This document shows positions 25,324-31,002 of a stretch of 34,315 bases of DNA, piece by piece. A program made the position numbers and the translations under genes. The stretch comes from a virus. Position 1 is the stretch's first letter, and every line of letters begins with the position of its first letter. The stretch lies in IMG/VR virus record IMGVR_UViG_3300005882_000010; one strand, written 5' to 3'. The notes under the pieces are model-generated. The model was not told where the DNA came from, did not search any database, and saw only the letters and a list, made by a program, of their open reading frames with translations.

Positions 25324-25559
25324 CGATACCTCGCTAATAATCTATCTACCGCATTATCAAATGCGATATAAGCCAAATCTTCATCCACATCAGCTTCAAT
25401 CGCTGCATCTCTTACTATTCCGTACATCTCAATTGAACGCTCGATAAATCCCTTTTCCGAGCGCTCGATACAGTACACACATCGAATTGAGCCTGCATGT
25501 TTCCGCATTTCATCCTTTGAGCGGTCTTTTTGGCAAAGCGGACAGGCTTCAGGCTTCAT
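25320..25559 (-). CDS. Cys4 zinc-ribbon small protein
   Basis: 79 aa, CPLC ... CVYC. Confidence 0.65.
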   Translation of the reverse strand: MKPEACPLCQKDRSKDEMRKHAGSIRCVYCIERSEKGFIERSIEMYGIVRDAAIEADVDEDLAYIAFDNAVDRLLARYR

Positions 25560-26047
25560 TTTATCAATAACCCTGGCTTGCCCTTTTCTAACTTAGCGCC
25601 GTTGATTTCAGCCCCATCCTTGAGAGCCTTCTTAATCGCTGTTTTATCGGCCTCTTTCTTGACCTTGACGTATTCTTCCGGCAAGGCTTCGACATCTTCA
25701 ACCACGACAACATCAAGCGGCTTTTTAAGCGTTATGCGGAATTCTGGACACTCGATTTTAGTAATCCCTGAGAATTCCATATTGTCACGCAGATAATCGC
25801 GGAGCTTGTTAGCTTTGGCCTCTAGGACTTTTCGGCGCTCTGCAATGCGCTTTTCCGCTTGCTTCATTGCGTCAACATCGGATTGAATGTTCTGAAAGAA
25901 AGCTGCAACAGATTTGCATTTTTCCTGCAATTCACCCTCAAGCGCTGACATGGTGTCATCAAAGGTTTGCTCGTCAATATCATCCATCTCAAGCAATGCG
26001 AGAAATGTTGAGTTGTATTCAGCTGCAATTTCGTAAAGTTTAGCCAT
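25556..26047 (-). CDS. Siphovirus Gp157-like protein
   Basis: 163 aa. MAKLYEIAAEYNSTFLALLE...QAEKRIAERRKVLEAKANKLRDYL...ITKIECPEFRITLKK...LPEEY...IKKALKDGAEINGAKL follows the Gp157 family pattern. Confidence 0.8.
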   Translation of the reverse strand: MAKLYEIAAEYNSTFLALLEMDDIDEQTFDDTMSALEGELQEKCKSVAAFFQNIQSDVDAMKQAEKRIAERRKVLEAKANKLRDYLRDNMEFSGITKIECPEFRITLKKPLDVVVVEDVEALPEEYVKVKKEADKTAIKKALKDGAEINGAKLEKGKPGLLIK

Positions 26048-26546
26048 TTCGATTTCCTCTTTCTTCTGCTGGTAAAGCCCATTGTGGCAATGGCGGGTTT
26101 TGGAAGTTTCCGTAATTATCCAAATCTACCCACGACTGACCTAAATAGTACAAGTACCGGCCTATTCCGAATTTAACAGCGGCACGCTTAAATGCGTCCG
26201 AAATAGCGCCTTTTTCGCCTTCTGTCGCCGTATCGCCTGCGCCATCGCTCTTAGATATCCACTCCCCGTTTATCCGAACAGAGAGCTTGCAAATAAGCCT
26301 TCCTTGTTGCGTTTCCTCGTATTCGTCTTGCCAGTTCTCCATGCCGACCACATCATCTAGGCGCTTCATTACGTCACGGCTGTTGATGTAGGCCAAGGCT
26401 ATGCCTTTTGTAGGCTTTGCAAACTTATCGACAGTCTCTCTAGCCACCTTCTTTTGATTCGTTGCGCCAACTCGCCAATGGATTTCTTTTGCCTTAAACG
26501 GCTCTTTTAACTTAGCCAAAATATCACTTGCTTTTAATTCGCTCAT
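26040..26546 (-). CDS. Rad52/Sak-like single-strand annealing protein
   Basis: 168 aa. EIHWRVG...ALAYINSRDVMKRLDDVVG..NWQ...KGAISDAFKRAAVKFGIGRYLY is the Rad52-like signature. Confidence 0.8.
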   Translation of the reverse strand: MSELKASDILAKLKEPFKAKEIHWRVGATNQKKVARETVDKFAKPTKGIALAYINSRDVMKRLDDVVGMENWQDEYEETQQGRLICKLSVRINGEWISKSDGAGDTATEGEKGAISDAFKRAAVKFGIGRYLYYLGQSWVDLDNYGNFQNPPLPQWALPAEERGNRNG

Positions 26547-26688
26547 TCATCACCTCGATAGTTTCTTTTAAACTTGATTGCGCTGACCGGAGTCTTTCAA
26601 TCCATTCATTACTAAAAGGCTCGGGCTCACGCAATTCTTTTTCTTTAAACTCCTGCATTACAGTTTGCTCAAATTGCGCTTGACTCAT
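26524..26688 (-). CDS. Hypothetical 54-aa protein (below the ORF-track cutoff)
   Basis: My own translation: MSQAQFEQTVMQEFKEKELREPEPFSNEWIERLRSAQSSLKETIEVMNERIKSK*. The strong SD taGGAGGggat lies directly upstream. It fills an otherwise empty gap in a tightly packed operon. Confidence 0.55.
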   Translation of the reverse strand: MSQAQFEQTVMQEFKEKELREPEPFSNEWIERLRSAQSSLKETIEVMNERIKSK

Positions 26689-26696
26689 ATCCCCTC

Positions 26697-26993
26697 CTAA
26701 AAATTGAACAGCCTGTATTCTTGGATTAACTCTACCTTATGGCGTTTGGCGTAGCTTTCATCGGTTTTAATCAAATACTTAATAACACTACTGAAGGTTT
26801 TGTCATTAATAACTGAATCGACTAGAAGTGCAGCCCATTCAGGCTTCCCCATAATCGCCTCATACTCTTCACTGTAGTCCAGTTGGGTCAACAGCTCATC
26901 CAGCACTTCATCGGACTCGCGCGCTAGACTAAAATCTAACTCGTCACGGATTTCTTCGTTTTTCTGTGCTCTTTTAGCTTTCCACAGCATCAT
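26697..26993 (-). CDS. Hypothetical acidic protein
   Basis: 98-aa ORF, SD gaggtg upstream, first gene after the internal terminator and motif copy. Confidence 0.7.
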   Translation of the reverse strand: MMLWKAKRAQKNEEIRDELDFSLARESDEVLDELLTQLDYSEEYEAIMGKPEWAALLVDSVINDKTFSSVIKYLIKTDESYAKRHKVELIQEYRLFNF

Positions 26994-27029
26994 TTTTCAC
27001 CTCATTTATTGTTTAACTTCAGTACGTAC

Positions 27030-27070
27030 AGAATGCCATAAGTGAGGGTTAGAACAAATCCGACCAGTTA
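27030..27070 (-). promoter_or_regulatory. Motif copy S2 (TAACTGGTCGGATTTGTTC, core 27068->27059) with a weak -10-like hexamer CATTCT (27035->27030)
   Basis: Lies in a 136-bp non-coding gap, 16 nt downstream of the minus-strand terminator. The core ends 65 nt before ATG 26993. Followed by the palindrome GTACGTAC (27022-27029). Confidence 0.4.
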
Positions 27071-27084
27071 TTTTATTACCAGGG

Positions 27085-27112
27085 GATAAAAAGAACCCCG
27101 CCGAAGCGGGGT
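27085..27112 (-). terminator. Rho-independent terminator inside the leftward early unit
   Basis: Minus strand reads CCCCGC-ttcg-GCGGGG followed by TTCTTTTTAT. Confidence 0.75.
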
Positions 27113-27129
27113 AAAGGGTTGAGGGTTAA

Positions 27130-27327
27130 TCAACCATGGGAGGGTGTTTGAGATGAGGTGAGATAATTCTTTCTTAAACATTGTAGCTCTTTATTCAGCT
27201 TAATCAAAGCCCTCCTGTAATGCTCGATAGCCTCCTTCGAGAATGACTTTTCGGCCTGCTTTAATGCAGCCTTGCAAGCATCACGCCTGGCTTCGGTGTC
27301 GATTATTTCCTGGTGTAAATCATTCAT
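27130..27327 (-). CDS. Hypothetical coiled-coil protein
   Basis: 65-aa ORF, start overlaps the upstream stop. Confidence 0.6.
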   Translation of the reverse strand: MNDLHQEIIDTEARRDACKAALKQAEKSFSKEAIEHYRRALIKLNKELQCLRKNYLTSSQTPSHG

Positions 27328-27668
27328 TCTGCACCGCCCTTTTTTAACTCTTGATTAACTTTGTTTATATAAGATCGAAGAGTTGCCTTTGCTATTTCTT
27401 TCGCCCGTCCTTTGAGGTGGTCTAGCTCAAAGTTGCTAATAGCGGCTTCAAACGCATCTGCTTTGCGAGCTTTTAATTCCAGCTCTTGCATCTTGTTTTC
27501 AATGTGTCTTAATTCATTGTAGGCATTAATAATTAAATTATCCCGATGAAACAACTCTATTATCTCTCTTCTCTTTTCTTCTACAGTGCCGTCCATGCTA
27601 ACTTGATTTCTTAAGCACTTAAGTTCATTGCACTTACTTATTAAAATTTTTAAATAATCCACTTTCAC
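27324..27668 (-). CDS. Hypothetical coiled-coil protein
   Basis: 114-aa ORF, co-oriented and tightly packed. Confidence 0.65.
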   Translation of the reverse strand: MKVDYLKILISKCNELKCLRNQVSMDGTVEEKRREIIELFHRDNLIINAYNELRHIENKMQELELKARKADAFEAAISNFELDHLKGRAKEIAKATLRSYINKVNQELKKGGAE

Positions 27669-27671
27669 ACT

Positions 27672-28079
27672 TTAATCCGCCTTTTCAATTTCATCGATTG
27701 CGTTTTTTAGAGCCAGTACAGCCGTATCACCTCGCGTATACGAGTTACGCTGATTGTCTTTTGAGACTGCGCGACATAACCAATGGCTTTTTCTGTCGAA
27801 TAAATCGAACTTTAAAAGCGTTCTTTCTGCCTTCCCGTAAACTTCCAGCTCTTTCACTCTTTGTTGTAGCTTATAATAATCATTTTTGCTGGTATGATGC
27901 TCAGGAATAAAGTTGCTTAATGAGTGTAGTGTCGCGCAGTTTTTGCATGTAATATAAACTTCAGATAAATAGTTCTCTTCGCCTTCGCTGATGTCTCTGC
28001 CAGTGTCTACTATTTTCCACTCAAACTCATCATTGCAGCCGCAATTACCGCAAATAATATGAAGCCTTGATCTAGCCAT
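27672..28079 (-). CDS. Cys4 zinc-ribbon protein carrying the LQQRVKELE motif
   Basis: CGNCGC ... CKNC. ATG 28079 is preferred over the GTG at 28082. SD AAGGAG is embedded in the upstream gene's last codons. Confidence 0.7.
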   Translation of the reverse strand: MARSRLHIICGNCGCNDEFEWKIVDTGRDISEGEENYLSEVYITCKNCATLHSLSNFIPEHHTSKNDYYKLQQRVKELEVYGKAERTLLKFDLFDRKSHWLCRAVSKDNQRNSYTRGDTAVLALKNAIDEIEKAD

Positions 28080-28342
28080 CACTCATTCTCCTTTGGTGGC
28101 TTATATTTATGATTTTCCACATCAACAAAACCATGCCCATCTATATAACCTGTCTCGTCCGCCAGCTCGATGTAGTCGGTCAGTATTTTTTGTGATTGCT
28201 CAAGTTCATTAACTTTTTGCTGCAGCCTACCTATGTAGTCCAAAGCATCATCACAAGCATTAACAATAAAGACATAGCCCGCGCACTCTGGTGGATTATC
28301 AACAATCCAGCCTAGATTATTCAAAACCGTTTCACTGTCCAT
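28079..28342 (-). CDS. Hypothetical protein carrying LQQKVNELEQSQ
   Basis: ATG 28342 is preferred over the GTG at 28345. C-terminus ...KPPKENE. Confidence 0.65.
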   Translation of the reverse strand: MDSETVLNNLGWIVDNPPECAGYVFIVNACDDALDYIGRLQQKVNELEQSQKILTDYIELADETGYIDGHGFVDVENHKYKPPKENE

Positions 28343-28345
28343 CAC

Positions 28346-28663
28346 TCACTCCTTGCCTTTGGGAATGCGGGAGTTCTCAGGGCGCAAGAACTTTAAGTCA
28401 TACTCCTGTGCCAACTTATAATCATCGTTGTTAATGCCTGCTTCTGAAAGAATGTCGTTTGCAATTACAGGGCGGTCATGTATTTCATTAATTCGAGCAC
28501 AAGCCCAGATTATTCCTTGTGCAAAACCTTGCTTAAAGTTTGAGTTTTGTGATTGCTCCAGCTCTTTCACTCTTTGCTGTAGCCTTTTAAGTTCAACAAC
28601 TGCATCTTGAGCGTCACGCTTTAAAGGGTTGGTGCTACTTAACCTTTTTATCAAATCATTCAT
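28346..28663 (-). CDS. Hypothetical protein carrying LQQRVKELEQSQ
   Basis: ATG 28663 is preferred over the GTG at 28666. SD AAGGAG upstream. Confidence 0.65.
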   Translation of the reverse strand: MNDLIKRLSSTNPLKRDAQDAVVELKRLQQRVKELEQSQNSNFKQGFAQGIIWACARINEIHDRPVIANDILSEAGINNDDYKLAQEYDLKFLRPENSRIPKGKE

Positions 28664-28676
28664 CACCTATTCTCCT

Positions 28677-28868
28677 TTAAGGAATGCAACGTTCGCTTTT
28701 TCCGCAGTAGTGCATATCTGAGCAAAAATCTTCTGGATCACACTCAATAACATGTAAATCACCGCAGCTACGACAAGGGAATAGGCACTGTTCACCTGCT
28801 TCTAAATTGGGGTTGTATTGAAGTAATTCGTCTAGATCATTATGCTGGCTGGTATTACTCACGCTCAT
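28677..28868 (-). CDS. Cys-rich zinc-ribbon-like small protein
   Basis: 63 aa with 8 Cys (CLFPCRSCGDLHVIEC...CSDMHYCGKSERC). Confidence 0.6.
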   Translation of the reverse strand: MSVSNTSQHNDLDELLQYNPNLEAGEQCLFPCRSCGDLHVIECDPEDFCSDMHYCGKSERCIP

Positions 28869-29085
28869 TCTCCTTTGGTGGCTCAGGCAATGGCATCCAG
28901 TGAGTAACGTGATTTAATTTTTCGTCCAGATGACTCATTCTCCACCAATATGCGCCCGACTTGATTTTTACAAAACACGCCATTAATATTTCACCGTTAT
29001 CGATCACCAAGACATCATTGCTTCTATAGGCTCCAGCCTTGCCCACTTCTGGCAATCTGTCATCAACACTTATCCACTTACTCAT
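28855..29085 (-). CDS. DUF551-like protein
   Basis: MSKWISVDDRLPE...VLV...THWMPLPEPPKE matches the DUF551 pattern. Confidence 0.7.
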   Translation of the reverse strand: MSKWISVDDRLPEVGKAGAYRSNDVLVIDNGEILMACFVKIKSGAYWWRMSHLDEKLNHVTHWMPLPEPPKENERE

Positions 29086-29372
29086 AACTCACCTCTTTCA
29101 TATCGCTTTAACCTTTCCGATTCTTTCCCTGCAATCTCAATCTTTCTTTTGAGCAATTGTCTGTTTGCGTTGCCTATTATGCTATCCGTCATATCCAGAC
29201 CTCTAAAAGTCTCGGTTTTCGCGGATTCTTCAGCTATTATTTCATTTCGTTGCCAGTCTCGATGCTCAATAACTTCATCAAAACACCCCACGCAAGACAC
29301 AGCCCCTCTGTACTCGTAAGCGTCCATAGCATCGACTTTTTTACCGCATTTACTGCATTGATATTCACTCAT
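29082..29372 (-). CDS. Cys4 zinc-ribbon protein
   Basis: 96 aa, CSKC ... CVGC. Confidence 0.65.
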   Translation of the reverse strand: MSEYQCSKCGKKVDAMDAYEYRGAVSCVGCFDEVIEHRDWQRNEIIAEESAKTETFRGLDMTDSIIGNANRQLLKRKIEIAGKESERLKRYERGEL

Positions 29373-29388
29373 ACCCTCACCTCACCTT

Positions 29389-29601
29389 TTAAATACGATT
29401 AAAAGAAATCACTTCCATATTCTCATTAGTGCCATATCTTTCCAGATACTCAGCTTTTGCCGCATTAATACACTCTCTAAATGCTTTAGCTGGTGCAGGG
29501 AAAAAAGATCGGTATGTTACTACGTAATGCCCCCAAGCGAGACTACCATTTCCGTCATTGTGATACAGTTTAACGCGCATAAAATAGGTTCTTTTAATCA
29601 C
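29389..29601 (-). CDS. Hypothetical protein (GTG start)
   Basis: 70-aa ORF, purine-rich ggtgaggtgagaga upstream. Confidence 0.55.
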   Translation of the reverse strand: MIKRTYFMRVKLYHNDGNGSLAWGHYVVTYRSFFPAPAKAFRECINAAKAEYLERYGTNENMEVISFNRI

Positions 29602-29610
29602 TCTCTCACC

Positions 29611-29694
29611 TCACCAAACAACCATTGCGACAATCGGACACAACGCAAACAAGCATCGGTCAAACCACTTTTCTTGCCAGATAATTTCGTTCAT
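29611..29694 (-). CDS. Possible 27-aa hydrophobic peptide
   Basis: My own translation: MNEIIWQEKWFDRCLFALCPIVAMVVW*. Its ATG shares a base with the upstream TGA (TGATG). It fills the only gap in this stretch. Confidence 0.3.
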   Translation of the reverse strand: MNEIIWQEKWFDRCLFALCPIVAMVVW

Positions 29695-29882
29695 CAATCT
29701 ACCCTCATAATTTTACGCATAATCACAGCCGACCATCGTTCGATTGACTCTCTGATTAAAGCTCTGTCTTTCGGACTCCTGGCGGCTCGTTTAACCTCAT
29801 CATCTATCAAGCATGAGCCGTGAAGATGTGGATTTAACTTAGTCTCGAATATGTCGATATTAACTTGTGCTGGAGTTTTCAT
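29694..29882 (-). CDS. Hypothetical protein
   Basis: 62-aa ORF, co-oriented and tightly packed. Confidence 0.55.
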   Translation of the reverse strand: MKTPAQVNIDIFETKLNPHLHGSCLIDDEVKRAARSPKDRALIRESIERWSAVIMRKIMRVD

Positions 29883-29884
29883 AA

Positions 29885-30154
29885 TTAAGCCTTTGGATTA
29901 TTATCTGGCTCTTTGAAGGCGCACATTTCGACAGCACTGATATAAAGTCGAAACTCGTTAAAGTCCTTAGTCTTAAACACCACCGGATCTCCATCCCAAT
30001 CGATAGACGCTTTGACAGCATACAGCGGCGCGTAATCCGAAGTCGTGTAGTAACAATCAATCTTTTTGACCGCCCATAAGGACGTAAAAACCGTAAAAAA
30101 AGCCAATCCAAGCACTGAAAGCAAAATTCCAACAAAGATTTTTTCGCCGTTCAT
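29885..30154 (-). CDS. Small membrane protein, first gene of the leftward unit
   Basis: ATG 30154 lies 9 nt after SD AGGAG (30168->30164). The track start at 30163 is a GTG with no spacing. TM segment IFVGILLSVLGLAFFTVF. Confidence 0.7.
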   Translation of the reverse strand: MNGEKIFVGILLSVLGLAFFTVFTSLWAVKKIDCYYTTSDYAPLYAVKASIDWDGDPVVFKTKDFNEFRLYISAVEMCAFKEPDNNPKA

Positions 30155-30188
30155 CTCAATCACTCCTGTTATTCAACCTGTAACCAGT

Positions 30189-30214
30189 ATTATCCACCAT
30201 TCACCATTTTTCAA
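30189..30214 (-). promoter_or_regulatory. Candidate leftward promoter elements (TTGAAA ... GATAAT) separated by a tandem heptamer AATGGTG AATGGTG
   Basis: Minus strand reads TTGAAA (30214->30209), AATGGTGAATGGTG (30208->30195), GATAAT (30194->30189). The spacer is only 14 nt, so the assignment is uncertain. Confidence 0.3.
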
Positions 30215-30222
30215 TCGGTTTT

Positions 30223-30235
30223 AGACTGGTCGGAG
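30223..30235 (+). promoter_or_regulatory. Motif copy S4 (AGACTGGTCGGAG, core 30225-30234) in the divergent control region
   Basis: Same 10-mer core. Lies 14 nt upstream of the -35 of the rightward promoter candidate. Confidence 0.45.
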
Positions 30236-30248
30236 GACTCAAACATCA

Positions 30249-30276
30249 TTGATGATTGGTCTGTATTGTGTATAAT
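30249..30276 (+). promoter_or_regulatory. Rightward sigma70-type promoter candidate (TTGATG - 16 nt - TATAAT)
   Basis: Consensus -10 TATAAT at 30271-30276 and -35-like TTGATG at 30249-30254. About 100 nt upstream of the O-like gene. Confidence 0.55.
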
Positions 30277-30316
30277 TGTGATGCTGGTGTGGAGTCCTTA
30301 CCACTTAAAGTGCTTC

Positions 30317-30379
30317 CCTCCTGTGCCGCCAGCGACCGAAATTACAGGAGGCGGTCAACACATGCAGGAGATGCTATGA
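30317..30379 (+). promoter_or_regulatory. Leader hairpin sequestering an SD, plus a 5-codon mini-ORF that ends overlapping the O-like gene start
   Basis: CCTCCTGT (30317-30324) pairs perfectly with ACAGGAGG (30344-30351). ATG 30362 gives MQEML*, with its TGA at 30377-30379 overlapping ATG 30376. Confidence 0.4.
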
Positions 30380-31002
30380 GCATGAATCTAATGGTCAAAG
30401 CCATGACCTTAAAAATAGGCTCCCCAATAAGAAAGCTAGTCCTTATCAAATTAGCTGATAATGCTAACGACAAGGGTGAATGCTGGCCTTCTTATCAACA
30501 TATCGCAGATCAATGTGAACTATCTAAATCAGCCGTCAGAAAGCACATCAAGCAGCTAGAGAAAGACGGATTCTTAGCAATTGAGAACCGGAAAGGAGAA
30601 AAAGGGAACAGCTCTAACCTATATCACCTCAGACTACACCCTATAGCACGAGGTGACACACCTATGCCACCTCAGACTACACCCCTATGCCACGAGGTGA
30701 CACCAGAACCAGTCACTATAGAACCAGTCAATGAACCTAAAGAGAGGGCGAAAGCTAAACGCTTTGCGCCACCCTCCCTAAATGAGGTATCAAGCTATTG
30801 CAGAGAAAGGGGAAACTCAATAGACCCTGAGCAATTCATAGACTTCTATTCGGCCAAAAACTGGATGATTGGCAAAAACAAAATGAAGGACTGGAAAGCC
30901 GCCGTTAGGACATGGGAAAAGAGAGAAAATAAATCCAAGGGAGTTCCGATTGATACATCGTGTCGTGAATGGTGGAAAGGTATAGAAGACGAGGTATTCT
31001 GA
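30376..31002 (+). CDS. Replication initiator, lambda O-like/DnaD-like (N-terminal winged HTH, conserved phage C-terminal domain)
   Basis: KLVLIKLADNANDKGECWPSYQHIADQCELSKSAVRKHIKQLEKDGFL is an HTH. C-terminal region: PSLNEVSSYCRERGNSIDPEQFIDFYSAKNWMIGKNKMKDWKAAVRTWEKRE. ATG 30376 follows SD aggag. The track start at 30256 would lie in the promoter region. Confidence 0.8.
   Translation: MSMNLMVKAMTLKIGSPIRKLVLIKLADNANDKGECWPSYQHIADQCELSKSAVRKHIKQLEKDGFLAIENRKGEKGNSSNLYHLRLHPIARGDTPMPPQTTPLCHEVTPEPVTIEPVNEPKERAKAKRFAPPSLNEVSSYCRERGNSIDPEQFIDFYSAKNWMIGKNKMKDWKAAVRTWEKRENKSKGVPIDTSCREWWKGIEDEVF
30625..30730. repeat. Iteron-like direct repeats inside the O-like gene (candidate origin of replication)
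   Basis: CACCTCAGACTACACCCTATAGCACGAGGTGACAC (30625) and CACCTCAGACTACACCCCTATGCCACGAGGTGACAC (30668), period 43 bp, each bounded by inverted CACCTC/GAGGTG. CCTATGCCAC occurs twice (30661, 30684). GAACCAGTCA occurs twice (30706, 30721). Confidence 0.6.

Noticed and set aside
23892-30135. Plus-strand or alternative-frame ORFs within the minus-strand early unit (23892..24137, 25265..25447, 25530..25796, 25864..26082, 27698..27910, 28428..28610, 29157..29402, 29527..29823, 29860..30135)
   Set aside because: They oppose or overlap a continuous series of translationally coupled minus-strand genes, and they have no RBS.
2631-30235. Reading the recurrent motif as a sigma54 (TGGCAC-N5-TTGC) or sigmaE/ECF (GGAACTT-N16-TCAAA) promoter
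   Set aside because: The TGG is present, but the positions where the -12 GC should fall read TC, TG or TA. An AAC-type -35 followed by TCAAA at correct spacing occurs only at the 3298 copy. Conservation also extends through what would be spacer (GGTCGGATTT), which those promoter classes do not require.
30256-30375. Upstream extension of the O-like ORF (track start 30256, MVCIVYNCDAG...)
   Set aside because: The start is a non-ATG codon lying in the promoter region (between the -35 at 30249-30254 and the TATAAT at 30271-30276). The extension runs through the leader hairpin. ATG 30376 has a proper SD, and the conserved HTH domain begins right after it.
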